Origin: a virus
Strand: one strand, 5' to 3'
DNA length: 64,000 nt
IMG/VR virus record: IMGVR_UViG_3300020045_004291
Span: 1 to 64,000 of that record
Position 1 is the first letter of the stretch. Each line of letters begins with the position of its first letter. The position numbers and the translations under genes were made by a program. This document shows positions 45,208 to 55,415 of the stretch, piece by piece. Under the pieces are notes generated by a model that ran no database searches, had not been told where the DNA came from, and saw only the letters and a list, made by a program, of their open reading frames with translations.

Positions 45208-45437
45208 TACCGAGCGGCCTTGACCTTTTGGATATCGACGTAATAGCGCTTTTTCAGTTCAAGCGCGATAGGCTCATCGATTGTAAATTCTTCACCCTCG
45301 GCAAAGTATTGCTCGCCAGACTTGGGGTCATGAAGCCCCGTGCTGATCTTGCCGTGCCCCTCTTCGCGCACTGTGACCTTGACCTGTTTTACAGGCTCAG
45401 TAACACCGGCTTCGAGTTCGTGTTTAAAAACTGGCAT
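45207..45437 (-). CDS. Small hypothetical protein (copy B)
   Basis: Homolog of 5944-6174. Confidence 0.65.
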   Translation of the reverse strand: MPVFKHELEAGVTEPVKQVKVTVREEGHGKISTGLHDPKSGEQYFAEGEEFTIDEPIALELKKRYYVDIQKVKAAR

Positions 45438-45451
45438 AAGTTATCCCTTGG

Positions 45452-45479
45452 AAAAAGGGGGCCAGCCGAAGCCAGCCCC
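45452..45479 (-). terminator. Intrinsic terminator after the capsid gene (copy B)
   Basis: Same stem as copy A, with a C(UUCG)G loop and T tract. Confidence 0.7.
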
Positions 45480-45487
45480 GCAGGTTA

Positions 45488-46441
45488 TTAAGAAAGGTCG
45501 TTGATCGACGCAGACCCTTTTTCGTTGCGGGCAATCAGCGTTGCTTCGCAAAGCAGTTGCTTCTTGTCAGCGTCGCCGGTCTTGGCCAGAATCTCAGTCT
45601 TGAGCGGACGGAGATAAGCCAGTTCCCAATATGCCGGATCAATGATCAGCACATCGCGGGTCAGACCAAACTGAACAGGAACGGTCGTGATTTGGCCAAA
45701 GTCGCCGATGTAAACATCAGCAGCACCGACGATCACAGCTTGGTTCATGCCCGACACATCACGGCGAATATCGGCGATACCGGTAAACGACGAGAAAGTT
45801 TGCTTGTGCGTGGCCGACATCAAAGCCAGTTTTGGGCCGGAAGCGCCAGCGGTAAACGCAGAGGCCAGAACGGTCTTCAACAGGTCTTCAGTGAACGGGC
45901 GTTGCGCCCCGTTGGTCGCGGCACCTTGGCCACCGGAGTACGTACCAGACGAACCACCGACGCCGCGAGAGACGTTTGAGGTCATCCAGGCCAGTGCACC
46001 GGCCATCTGGGCAGCCGTTGCAGCGTCACCAGTGATTGCGGCGTAGTTGCCAAGCAATGACATTTCCATATCGTTCAGCAGTTCTTCGCCCTTGAGCAAG
46101 ACCTGATACGACATTTCATTCGGACGGCCAGCCGAATCAACAGCTTGCTGTGTGCCCGCGACAGTTGCCGATTCCTTGAAAATCTGGGTGCGGTTACCCA
46201 GACGGGTCGTCAGCTTTGGCGCGGTAGCGGCAGTGTCGTCACCCTGAACGTTCTTGTTCGTACCAACCGGGGTACGGAGCGCTTGGGTTTGCCATTCAGA
46301 GAATGTGGCCTTCGCGGTGCCCTTTTTGATATTTTGCTGGAAAGGACGCAGCGTCTGGGCAATCTTGTAGATCACGTCAGAGAGGTCTTCGCGGTTACCT
46401 ACGGCTTCGTGGGTGTCCATGGTATTTGCAGGTACAGCCAT
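45488..46441 (-). CDS. Major capsid protein (copy B)
   Basis: Homolog of 6225-7178. Confidence 0.85.
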   Translation of the reverse strand: MAVPANTMDTHEAVGNREDLSDVIYKIAQTLRPFQQNIKKGTAKATFSEWQTQALRTPVGTNKNVQGDDTAATAPKLTTRLGNRTQIFKESATVAGTQQAVDSAGRPNEMSYQVLLKGEELLNDMEMSLLGNYAAITGDAATAAQMAGALAWMTSNVSRGVGGSSGTYSGGQGAATNGAQRPFTEDLLKTVLASAFTAGASGPKLALMSATHKQTFSSFTGIADIRRDVSGMNQAVIVGAADVYIGDFGQITTVPVQFGLTRDVLIIDPAYWELAYLRPLKTEILAKTGDADKKQLLCEATLIARNEKGSASINDLS

Positions 46442-46442
46442 T

Positions 46443-47396
46443 TTAGAACCCTAATTTGGTAATCAACTTGGCGGCGTCATCAATGGATCGCGTTTGTGCA
46501 AGTCGATTGCGTTGTTGTGAAATGTCCCTTTGTGAGGACGTGCCACGATTGCCAGTTGCGCCTTGCGGGGCTACCTTGGCGGGTTTCGTGACGGTTGGGG
46601 TCTTGGGTGGAACCGTTTTAGACGTGGCCTCAGCCATCATCTTGTCATACATCATCGCCTTGTGAGCAATCGTGAGTTCCAGAGCGGAAACTGTGAGCAG
46701 AGCATCGGGAGAAATACCGCTTTTAACAATGTAATCGCCAATCCCCCGCAAGGTCTCGGCATTGTTAGCGATATCCGGCGCAATCTCTGTGAGTTTAGCG
46801 GATTCTTCACGCATGAAGTTTTCACGCCATAATTTGTCAGCCGCAGCACGGTCATTTTCAGCTTTGTTGAACTTCTCAAGGCCCGTTTGGTATCGCATCC
46901 AATCCGCTTGCGCCGCGTCCCTGTCTTGCAACAGATATGCGTTCCAATCGATATCAGAGAAATACTCATCAAACACCTTGCGCTCATCAGTAATGGCCGC
47001 AGCCATACGATCAGCAAGCTCTTTAGCCTTATTGGCCTCAGTTGTAGCCAACGTGTGAGCCTCGGAGGACTCAGCTTTAACCTTAGCAACCACAGCCTCG
47101 CGCTTTTCCTCTTGTGCCCTGACAATAGCCTGGGCCTTCGGGGTTAATGCGGCAAACTCTGCCTTCGCTTCGGCGTCCCACCATTGCGGGGCTTCGACGG
47201 ATTCAACGGCCGCAGCCTGATCTTCGTCGCTTTCGTCGCCCTCAACCTCATCAGCCTCAGCGTCAGTGGTTTCAGGTTCGACAATCTCAGTATCGCTTAT
47301 TTCGGTTTTATCGTCAACTACGGGAGCCGCCACAGGCTCAGGGGCCGCGTCCATGTCAGTTACAGCCTGGATTGCAGCTTCTAAATCACCACTCAT
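46443..47396 (-). CDS. Scaffolding protein (copy B)
   Basis: Homolog of 7180-8133. Confidence 0.7.
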   Translation of the reverse strand: MSGDLEAAIQAVTDMDAAPEPVAAPVVDDKTEISDTEIVEPETTDAEADEVEGDESDEDQAAAVESVEAPQWWDAEAKAEFAALTPKAQAIVRAQEEKREAVVAKVKAESSEAHTLATTEANKAKELADRMAAAITDERKVFDEYFSDIDWNAYLLQDRDAAQADWMRYQTGLEKFNKAENDRAAADKLWRENFMREESAKLTEIAPDIANNAETLRGIGDYIVKSGISPDALLTVSALELTIAHKAMMYDKMMAEATSKTVPPKTPTVTKPAKVAPQGATGNRGTSSQRDISQQRNRLAQTRSIDDAAKLITKLGF

Positions 47397-47695
47397 TGAT
47401 TAACCTTTTTGCGATATGTCTCAATGGCCTCAGCCATGTTTTGACGGTTTGCGTAGACCTCAGTCATCGCTATTACAGCATCCAGCCCCTTGACGGCATG
47501 ATAATAATATTCTCTGATTTCATAGTCATTCGGGCCGGATTTGATAATGTTGTCCATCAGGGCTTCGCGCACTTCGGCAGCGATTTCCATCATGACAGGC
47601 AACGCATTTTTTGCACGGTCGGACGCCTCACGCTGTTCTTGTGAGATGTCACGATCGATTGAGGGCTTTGGCTTCCACCATTTCCAATTGGTCAC
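47393..47695 (-). CDS. Hypothetical protein (copy B)
   Basis: Homolog of 8130-8432. Confidence 0.65.
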   Translation of the reverse strand: MTNWKWWKPKPSIDRDISQEQREASDRAKNALPVMMEIAAEVREALMDNIIKSGPNDYEIREYYYHAVKGLDAVIAMTEVYANRQNMAEAIETYRKKVNQ

Positions 47696-49812
47696 AGCGT
47701 GTCCCCTCCAAGTTCAACATCATTCGAGACGCTCTTAATCTGCGCATCACGCTCAGAGGTCAGTGAGTCAATCGCCACCTGTTCACGCTTGAATGCTAGT
47801 TCAGCCTCAAACTGACTTGAGTTCAGTTCGATCTCAGCCGCAAGCTTATCACGTTCAAAGCTATACTTGGCCTCAATGTCGGCCATGCGCAGATCGTACT
47901 CTTGCTGTAACTTGGCCTGATCGTATTGCGCTTGAGACGCGGCCTTAGCGGCATCCTGTTGCAAGCGTTGTTGCTCAAGCTGCAACTTGGCCTGACCTTC
48001 CAGCACCTTAGGATCAGGTGGTGGCGGTGAAGGAGGCTGGAACTCTTTCGGGTCAGCGACATAAAGTTCAGGCGATTTCACGCCCAACGACTTAATGGCA
48101 AAAATCGCCGCGTTGTAGACCTTCTCTTTGTTGAGCAATGGCCCATCTGGGGATTGATCCGCCATGATGAGCTTTTCCTGGATCATGCCCAATTGCTGGC
48201 CAACGATCATATCATGCTCACGCCCACCAGCACCGACGCCAACAGCAATCGTCATGTCGTCGCGTTGACGCCATGTAGACGGATCAACCGAAACGAATTG
48301 CTTGCCACGAAGGCGCACGGTCTGAGACACAGACGCGCCGACCTCACGCAATGAGGCATGAAGGCCCAATAGAAAATCCTTGTAGCCAGTCTCGGCAAAG
48401 GTGCGGGCGATCATCCGTAAGCGCTTCTGAGCGGCATTGGCGAGGATTTGCAAGCCACCCTTGGTATCATGAAGCGTGTCTGGGTTTAGGCCCTGTGCGT
48501 TGCGCACAATACCCGTGCGTTGCTCTGCGACCGTGGAGAAGTATTCAAGGTGCGAAAGAGGATCATAGTTCAGGCCACCGGCGCTAATAGCGTTGATCGT
48601 GCCCGCCGAACGCACACGAACCGGCATCCCCGGCTCATTGTTCAGCAGATCATCAAGGGTGTTCTCATTCATGCCATTTTCAGCGACTTCAAAGCGCTGG
48701 TTCAAGGCAAAATAACCATTATCCAAAGTCATGCGCATCAGGCTTGACTTGATCTTCTGGATTTCCATCAGTTTATCCGCGATGGAATCACCATAGAAAC
48801 GGTGCGGATTAATGAACGGCGTAATGGCCGCAAGCTGGATGCGTGACACCTCTTCGATGTCAATCAGCGTATTGGTGTAACCACGACCCCCAGTCGTCAC
48901 CTGATACAGGCACCACTCTTTTTCATCGGCATGGTATTTGCGGATGTAATGGCGGTATATCTCGACTTGCCGCATATCGCTTGTCGTACCGCCGACCATC
49001 TGCGATTCAGCTACCGTGTCACGGGCTTGAGCCTCGGCAGCCGTGCCATTCTCAGTCCACGCCGGTAGCGCGTCGATTACATCGGGATCAAAGCCCAACG
49101 CCAGCAACTCTTGTGCCCGTGGATGCGAGCGCACACAGCAATATGTGGCCGTGGCTAATGACTTAGTGTCAGGAGCAACCGCCAAATCCTCAGAAGCAAT
49201 AGCCTCAATGATCATGCGGCCTTTAGCGTTCTTAGGCGTAAACTCATAGTTGAATGTCGGCTGGCCCATGTCGTCAGGCTCGCCAGTCGTGACATCAGAT
49301 ACGACGCCCTCCATGCCCGCCTTGAGCATTTCCATCGCGCTTTTGCCGGTCTGCATCTCGGCGGGAGGCTCAAACTCACCATCCCAGCGCCATGAGAACA
49401 CGCCCGTCTTGCACGTCAACGCATCCTTGAACGCGGTATATAGCACCATCCATCCGCTATTGCGCTGGAACAGCACATAATTGAGGTAATCCGTCTCTTG
49501 CTGCGCGGCCTCGATATCGTCTTCGGCGACAGGCTCAAAGACCACCACATCGTCCGAGCCTGTGAATATATCAATCAAGTCAGGCATGGCGGTTTCAATA
49601 GCATCAGCCACGTCAGTTGATACAACCTTGGAGCGGCCCTTAAGCTGCATCACAAGATCGGGCATCTCACCCTTGACGTAGTTCAGCGCACGTTCGCGTT
49701 GCTCTGTCAGTTCGCCAGAGTTTGAGGTGTCAAAGCCAATGGAGCGCGCGCACTCTGCTAAGACATCCCCTAGCAGATCAGACTTTTCTTCGTCAGACAA
49801 TTCTTCGCGCAT
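47692..49812 (-). CDS. Portal protein (copy B)
   Basis: Homolog of 8429-10549. Confidence 0.85.
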   Translation of the reverse strand: MREELSDEEKSDLLGDVLAECARSIGFDTSNSGELTEQRERALNYVKGEMPDLVMQLKGRSKVVSTDVADAIETAMPDLIDIFTGSDDVVVFEPVAEDDIEAAQQETDYLNYVLFQRNSGWMVLYTAFKDALTCKTGVFSWRWDGEFEPPAEMQTGKSAMEMLKAGMEGVVSDVTTGEPDDMGQPTFNYEFTPKNAKGRMIIEAIASEDLAVAPDTKSLATATYCCVRSHPRAQELLALGFDPDVIDALPAWTENGTAAEAQARDTVAESQMVGGTTSDMRQVEIYRHYIRKYHADEKEWCLYQVTTGGRGYTNTLIDIEEVSRIQLAAITPFINPHRFYGDSIADKLMEIQKIKSSLMRMTLDNGYFALNQRFEVAENGMNENTLDDLLNNEPGMPVRVRSAGTINAISAGGLNYDPLSHLEYFSTVAEQRTGIVRNAQGLNPDTLHDTKGGLQILANAAQKRLRMIARTFAETGYKDFLLGLHASLREVGASVSQTVRLRGKQFVSVDPSTWRQRDDMTIAVGVGAGGREHDMIVGQQLGMIQEKLIMADQSPDGPLLNKEKVYNAAIFAIKSLGVKSPELYVADPKEFQPPSPPPPDPKVLEGQAKLQLEQQRLQQDAAKAASQAQYDQAKLQQEYDLRMADIEAKYSFERDKLAAEIELNSSQFEAELAFKREQVAIDSLTSERDAQIKSVSNDVELGGDTL

Positions 49813-49904
49813 GATCCGCCCTTGCAGTTTGGAATTATTTACCCCGATTGGCCCGCTTTGGCAAATGTTTTTGCAGTCACTGGCCAGCAGCGCAGGTTTT
49901 GACC

Positions 49905-51173
49905 CTAAACGCTACCATATGAGGGCATAACGATGCGGCGCGCAACGGTTGGCGGCTCATGAGCAACGGCGATCAATCCAAAACTGTCGGCATCATGACT
50001 TGACCAATCATGATCAGGCCCCATGCCAATTCCGCGCTCTTCGTCCCGCTTTTCGTGGTATGCCGCCAGTGCCTCAAGGCCACCTTTGCAAGGCTCCTCG
50101 TTGAACCACATTGAGCCAAACAGACGACGCGCCGCCTCAATGCGTTTGGTCGCCGCGCCCTTGCCCTGGTTAGGCACAACCTGCACACCAAAACCAGCGT
50201 CACGTAATGCGCTTTCATAGCTGACATCAAACACCTTATCATTCTGCGCACCATCATGAGGCAGTACACACAGGCATTTGTCATATCCAGACTGTCGCAA
50301 CCAATTAATATGCGCTGCCAGTGGCTGGCCTTGTGCAGTGTAGTGATTAACGATGCGGATTTCACGACCGATGAACTGGGCAATCCAGATAGAACACGCA
50401 TCAGCCTTTGCGCCCGTTCCCCCAATGTCCCAGAAGGCGCGGAACGTCATCAATGGATCAGCGGCCACACGACCTATGCGGCCCTCAGAGCGCGCAGCCT
50501 TGAGACAGTCCGTGTAATACGCACCTGCGAATATGGTTTTGTAGTCACCTTCCCAAATGTGATCATACTGTTCATGATTGGTGCGAAGGCAATCTTTGCG
50601 CTCATCCTCAAGCACGGACGGAAACCATGGATTGTCTGACCAGTTGGCACGAATGACAACGGCACCGCTTGGCGTCTTCTCAGACCTCATAAGCGTTTCA
50701 ATAGGGTCATTCTTGCGTGTCGGGTTCCATGAGAACCACAACTCCGACCCCTCCTTACGTATAGTGGGGCGCAGCAACTCCAAAGACTTTGAACTCATGG
50801 TCTGGGCTTCTTCTACCCATGCGCCGTCGAAACCCTCAAGCGATTTGATTGATTCCGCCGTGTGATCCTGCATCCCCTGAAAGATGATCTGGCCGCCATG
50901 AGGCGTCTTGATCAGGGCGTTCTGAACCTCGAAATACTTACCTACGCCAAGCGCCTGTATCTTGCCCTCAATCAGCTTTTTAGCCGAATCTTTGAGCGTC
51001 TTTTGCACCTCACGGATACATACCCACTCTGTACGCTCCATCAGGCAACGCTCAACTAGCAACTCAGCGAAGAAGTGCGATTTACCAGACCCCCGCCCGC
51101 CCCATGCGCCCTTATAGCGGGATGGATACAACAAAGGCTCAAACACCGGCGCTGTGTTGATTTCGATGTCCAA
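49905..51173 (-). CDS. terL: Terminase large subunit, PBSX family (type B)
   Basis: WGGRGSGKS Walker A, IREVQ, IKSLEG...WVEEA and SWNP motifs. Confidence 0.9.
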   Translation of the reverse strand: MDIEINTAPVFEPLLYPSRYKGAWGGRGSGKSHFFAELLVERCLMERTEWVCIREVQKTLKDSAKKLIEGKIQALGVGKYFEVQNALIKTPHGGQIIFQGMQDHTAESIKSLEGFDGAWVEEAQTMSSKSLELLRPTIRKEGSELWFSWNPTRKNDPIETLMRSEKTPSGAVVIRANWSDNPWFPSVLEDERKDCLRTNHEQYDHIWEGDYKTIFAGAYYTDCLKAARSEGRIGRVAADPLMTFRAFWDIGGTGAKADACSIWIAQFIGREIRIVNHYTAQGQPLAAHINWLRQSGYDKCLCVLPHDGAQNDKVFDVSYESALRDAGFGVQVVPNQGKGAATKRIEAARRLFGSMWFNEEPCKGGLEALAAYHEKRDEERGIGMGPDHDWSSHDADSFGLIAVAHEPPTVARRIVMPSYGSV

Positions 51174-51174
51174 G

Positions 51175-51573
51175 CTATTCCTTAACGATTTTGCGCGTTA
51201 TGGCGATTTCCATATTGATATCCCCGGACGTCTGCGCCTTATCGACCACCAAGCCATTAAGCTTGGCGTAGTCCATCAATGCGGCCCTTGCTACCGATCC
51301 AGACGGCGCGTCCTCATTAACCGCAAAGCGATCATGCAATGATGCGAGGCGATTAAGTATATCAACCTTGCCCCAAACAGCCGATGCCTCAACCTTTCGG
51401 TTCAACTCTGCTACTCGCTCGTTAATGCTTGCATTGGCTTGCAGCAATTTTGTACTAGCCCCCCGCGCACCGTTTGGCGAATAACCGGCGTCAATATACG
51501 CTTTTTCTTGAGACTTTCCCTCAAAAATCCCTCTAGCAAAAGCCTCGTGTCGCGGATTGTCAAGCAATGCCAC
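51175..51573 (-). CDS. terS: Terminase small subunit (copy B, different C-terminus)
   Basis: Same as copy A up to LNGLVVDK, then AQTSGDINMEIAITRKIVKE. Confidence 0.8.
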   Translation of the reverse strand: MALLDNPRHEAFARGIFEGKSQEKAYIDAGYSPNGARGASTKLLQANASINERVAELNRKVEASAVWGKVDILNRLASLHDRFAVNEDAPSGSVARAALMDYAKLNGLVVDKAQTSGDINMEIAITRKIVKE

Positions 51574-51602
51574 GCCCACCTCCAAAAATACGCCAATTTG
51601 CT

Positions 51603-52349
51603 TCAGCACTCATGGTCGTTCCCCGCTTGCAATACAGCCGCTATCAGGCCGTTACCCTCAATGTTGAGCTTAAGCCCTGAAAACTGTTTAACATAAAACG
51701 ATGCGTTCTGCGCCTCTAAGGCCCATGAGTGCGTTGTGTGATACTCACGCTCCCCGACCTCGACAACAACATCATGCGCCCGACTATGCCCCTGCACGGC
51801 TGCGTGACTGTTACCATGCGCATCATAGCACCCATCCCATGCGTAGACGGTGATCTCACGATACCCCATGGCATAAGCAAGCCCAATTGCACACAGCGTA
51901 ATTGAAACACCAGTCGGCACGGTTTCCAGCCCCATATCGTCGGTTGATTCATCGCCCACATGCCACAGGGTGACATCAGCATCCCGCAGGACTTTAAACA
52001 CGTCCTTATGACACTTGGACGCCACCAGAAATTCTGTCAGCTGCGTCATCTCAGTCGGAATAAAATCAGCTACCAAGCGTTGCGGGTCACACGCTGCCCA
52101 ATAGTTCGGGACAAGCCCCTTGGCGGAAAACGTGCGTAAAGCCCCATTCAGAGCCATGCACGGATAATGGATAGGCGCATCTTTGAGGCTGGGGCCATTT
52201 GCGTAAATGTGCATATGCCCCAAATCGCCAACAACAGGCGCGACCTCATCAAGCCCAAGGCTCAGCGCATAACGGACATTAGAACGCAATGTCTCTGTAT
52301 CCACCGGCAACTGAGTTTGAAACCTGATAAGGTCGTTATCACACATCAT
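51603..52349 (-). CDS. MptE-like / Maf domain protein (copy B)
   Basis: Homolog of 12349-13086. Confidence 0.6.
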   Translation of the reverse strand: MMCDNDLIRFQTQLPVDTETLRSNVRYALSLGLDEVAPVVGDLGHMHIYANGPSLKDAPIHYPCMALNGALRTFSAKGLVPNYWAACDPQRLVADFIPTEMTQLTEFLVASKCHKDVFKVLRDADVTLWHVGDESTDDMGLETVPTGVSITLCAIGLAYAMGYREITVYAWDGCYDAHGNSHAAVQGHSRAHDVVVEVGEREYHTTHSWALEAQNASFYVKQFSGLKLNIEGNGLIAAVLQAGNDHEC

Positions 52350-52860
52350 TTGTGTGCCTTTCACTATAACCATTAGCAAGATGCGCAGAACGAACAGCTT
52401 TTGCAGCATCTACGGCACTATCGTAAAAACCCAACCTAATAGCTCTTTTATTAACATTTATTTGGGCTTGCCACATTTTTCTATTTTTACTCCAGCAAAA
52501 CCCAACAAACCCACTGGTGTTGTTGCGACCCAACTTTCTATTAGACATGTTTTGTCCTTTTGTCGCCAGCCTTAGGTTTTCTATGCGATTATTTGCCCTA
52601 TCTCCATCGATGTGGTCAATGAAAAGGCCATCTTCAATTTTTCCATTGTGCCAAATCCAAACCAACCTATGCTCATAATGTTTTTTTGGACCAAAGCCTA
52701 ATTTAACATAACCGTCTTTGCACAAGCCGGTCGATCGATGCCATACAACACCACTTTTTGTGACCACCGGTTTATGAATGCCACCGGTTTCAGAATTATA
52801 TTTGTAAATTATCCTAAGGTCTTCTTGCGTTGGATCGGAAAATTTAGTATTTTTGTTCAC
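52339..52860 (-). CDS. HNH-AP2 homing endonuclease, copy B only
   Basis: HRLVW...IDHIDGDRANNRIENLR, followed by AP2-like NNTSGFVG...WQAQI...LGFYDS. Confidence 0.9.
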   Translation of the reverse strand: MNKNTKFSDPTQEDLRIIYKYNSETGGIHKPVVTKSGVVWHRSTGLCKDGYVKLGFGPKKHYEHRLVWIWHNGKIEDGLFIDHIDGDRANNRIENLRLATKGQNMSNRKLGRNNTSGFVGFCWSKNRKMWQAQINVNKRAIRLGFYDSAVDAAKAVRSAHLANGYSERHTNDV

Positions 52861-52945
52861 TGGTTTGGCCCTCCAATGGCCTGTAAAAAGGCGGAAAGGT
52901 CACTACACCTTCCGCCATTCCACAATAACAAAAATAACTTACAAA

Positions 52946-53284
52946 TCAAGCCCCAACCATCACTCTCCATCGGCCAGCAGAAACTTGCCTGTATTCGCAT
53001 CCCGTATTCGCCCCTTGCGCGCGAACAGCATTGGCGGCCAATGAATTAATCCAACCCCCAACCCCTGGGTACACATTTACCTCCGTTCCAGTACCGTTGA
53101 AAATCTGGATACCTGCACCCACTGGCAGATCAGCAGGTAGGCGAATTCCACGGGCAGTGGACGACACGGTAGTCACAACAACCACCGGCACCTTAGGCAC
53201 CAAGGTAGAGTTAGCCTGACTGTTTGAACCAGCTGCCGCAACAGTTGTTACGTTAAGCTGCATTCTTGAGCGGGAGTTCGCCAT
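52946..53284 (-). CDS. Hypothetical beta-rich protein (copy B)
   Basis: Homolog of 13110-13451. Confidence 0.65.
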   Translation of the reverse strand: MANSRSRMQLNVTTVAAAGSNSQANSTLVPKVPVVVVTTVSSTARGIRLPADLPVGAGIQIFNGTGTEVNVYPGVGGWINSLAANAVRAQGANTGCEYRQVSAGRWRVMVGA

Positions 53285-53378
53285 GTTTAGGGCCTTTATG
53301 AGAGGACGGGCGCAATATGCGCGGAAGCCTTAAGTTACAACACTTGAGGGCTTGCGCCAATGTCACTTTACTTCATTG

Positions 53379-53816
53379 TCAAGCCTCCACCGCCCGTCCA
53401 AAAGTGAACCAATGGTTGCGGGGTGCAGTCGGAACCAATGACAGATAAGCCAAAACCCAAAGCAAAGCGCCAACCTTTGAGACAAGCTCTTTGATCATTG
53501 GCTCTCCTAGCATAACTTCAATTGCCGCCACCATGACAATTACAGTCTGAACTGGCACAATCATTTTTGCCAGAAACGTTTCGCGCAAAACGAGGGTTTG
53601 CGTGTTGACCAAGCGCTCAGAATCTAACCGCTCTCGAAGATACGCGTTAATTGTCACAAACCCCATGGTTAAGCCGTTGATTGCGGTTCCAACACTCCAA
53701 CGTGAGTCAATCATCGCTGCGGCGAAAAACGCGACGATCAGCCACCAGCGGCGGACGCCAAGCCAAACCCACAGAAGCATAACAACCTGATCAGTTAACT
53801 TATAAAGGCTCATCAC
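53379..53816 (-). CDS. Multi-pass membrane protein, copy B only
   Basis: 145 aa, about 4 hydrophobic segments, coupled to the upstream gene. Confidence 0.6.
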   Translation of the reverse strand: MMSLYKLTDQVVMLLWVWLGVRRWWLIVAFFAAAMIDSRWSVGTAINGLTMGFVTINAYLRERLDSERLVNTQTLVLRETFLAKMIVPVQTVIVMVAAIEVMLGEPMIKELVSKVGALLWVLAYLSLVPTAPRNHWFTFGRAVEA

Positions 53817-54157
53817 AGCCCCTCCCCAACGGTTACAGTCCGCTTGATGTTGATACAGGCGATGCGTTTAAGGTAATCAGACACACCATCATCAGCGTAG
53901 CTCTTTGTGTCGTAGGGCTGGCTTACAATGTTCTTATCATAAACATTAACCCACACATCAACCTCAATCGTTTCGGGCGCTTCTATGAGGTCTCTTTCGT
54001 TGTACGCGCGAAGGTTAAAATAACCGTTGGCATACCATAGTTGGATACCACCATCAACAAAACCGACAACAGGATATTTTTCGTTCGGCCCATCCACACA
54101 CAGTATCCGCACCGGTCGCCCGTCTCTTGTCGTGTATTTCTTATCCATGCTGATCAT
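53813..54157 (-). CDS. Hypothetical phage protein (mosaic homolog of 13697-14038)
   Basis: C-terminal half near-identical to copy A, N-terminal half diverged. Confidence 0.7.
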   Translation of the reverse strand: MISMDKKYTTRDGRPVRILCVDGPNEKYPVVGFVDGGIQLWYANGYFNLRAYNERDLIEAPETIEVDVWVNVYDKNIVSQPYDTKSYADDGVSDYLKRIACINIKRTVTVGEGL

Positions 54158-54289
54158 TTTTGAGTTTCCCTTCTAAAAAACGACATACAATAGCCGGTAT
54201 GTCAGCGGCACGGGGTTTGCTGTTGTGATAGGGTGCGACCCTTTAATCTGCCCCGGTTTGTGTTGTTGGTTGGGGCCGAAGCCCCGTTG

Positions 54290-54448
54290 TTAAGCTGCCT
54301 TTACACGCAAGGCATCGTAAACATCACCAATAAACTGATCGTAATGACCTTCGCCCATAACCTGATCCCACATGGCGCGGCGTTGCTCAATCGATTCAGA
54401 TTTGATCACGGCATTTAAAAGGCGGTCACTTAATTGTTGAATTGTCAT
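54290..54448 (-). CDS. Small early protein (52 aa), copy B only
   Basis: Translated by hand (MTIQQLSDRLLNAVIKSE...); GAGGGA RBS; followed by a GGGGC-TTCG-GCCCC hairpin at 54272-54285. Confidence 0.55.
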   Translation of the reverse strand: MTIQQLSDRLLNAVIKSESIEQRRAMWDQVMGEGHYDQFIGDVYDALRVKAA

Positions 54449-54496
54449 TTCCGTATTCCCTCATGTTGTGCGCCTCAGCGCCGTTTCGATAAACCC

Positions 54497-54525
54497 ACAA
54501 TAACCGAAACGATATTCGGTGTCAA
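54497..54525 (-). promoter_or_regulatory. Early promoter with palindromic operator (copy B)
   Basis: TTGACA-N17-TATTGT with the same ACCGAA...TTCGGT palindrome as copy A. Confidence 0.65.
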
Positions 54526-54534
54526 CATAAATAA

Positions 54535-54720
54535 TCACACCCCTGCAAACTTTGCGCACTCGATAACATGAACGTCCCGCGCATGCTCCGCCATGGCCTT
54601 AGCTTGCTGTAGCAACAGCCGTCCGCCTTCGCATATGGTGAACTCCCCAGCACGGCCAGCACGCGCCATGCCGGAGAGAAACACCACAGACGATTCAATC
54701 TGCTCTTTCGTGTAGGTCAT
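54535..54720 (-). CDS. Small hypothetical protein, copy B only
   Basis: MTYTKEQIE..., coupled to the upstream gene. Confidence 0.5.
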   Translation of the reverse strand: MTYTKEQIESSVVFLSGMARAGRAGEFTICEGGRLLLQQAKAMAEHARDVHVIECAKFAGV

Positions 54721-54950
54721 GCAACCCGCCACACGCGAACATTTGGACGAAACTCCTGCGTTACCGCAAGACCACCGGCCCTTTTAGCAACCTTCCTGAA
54801 CGCTGATGCGTGAGAACTTTGCGAGCTTCCGGGCAGCAAAACACTATCACCGGGACTCATGCTTTCATAAAGGTCTTTCATCCTTCTTGTTATTCCGCTT
54901 GTTTCACCCCTGTTTCCATACGGAATACCGTGTTCAATTTTAAAGTCCAT
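54717..54950 (-). CDS. Small putative DNA-binding protein, copy B only
   Basis: FKIE.GIP...M.PGDS...VRVWRV motif common in phage small proteins. Confidence 0.55.
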   Translation of the reverse strand: MDFKIEHGIPYGNRGETSGITRRMKDLYESMSPGDSVLLPGSSQSSHASAFRKVAKRAGGLAVTQEFRPNVRVWRVA

Positions 54951-55038
54951 TTTTCACCTAATCCAAAAAACAAAATGTTCTGTGTGTCCATTATCCCATA
55001 ATCTCAAAATTCTTGCAAAGGAATATTTACCGCAAGGG

Positions 55039-55415
55039 AAGATCAGTAAAGGCCAGTAAAAGGATATTCTTGCCTTACTATCGCTAGTTCTGGTTTTGTT
55101 CCCCTAATAAAATCAATGATATCAATATCTTATATATATAATAGATTAAGATTAGTAAGATCAGTTCAATTTTTCTCTCTCTCTTTTTTATCTCTAATTT
55201 TTTAAAAAATAAATATGTATAGGGGGGGGGTATTTCCTACTGATCTTGAACCCAAAAAATGACTCAAAAAAAAATCACCAGAGCCGCCCGAAAAATTGGA
55301 CAAAAAAAGACCCCTCCGCAAAAAACTGCGAGGGGCCTATATTCTTACTATTGTGTATCCTTCAATGATTTCAAAGGTTTAGCTTACTACCCTTTTACTA
55401 CCCTTGTTACTATCC
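55039..55415. other. Putative replication origin (copy B)
   Basis: Near-identical to 15534-15910. Confidence 0.65.
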
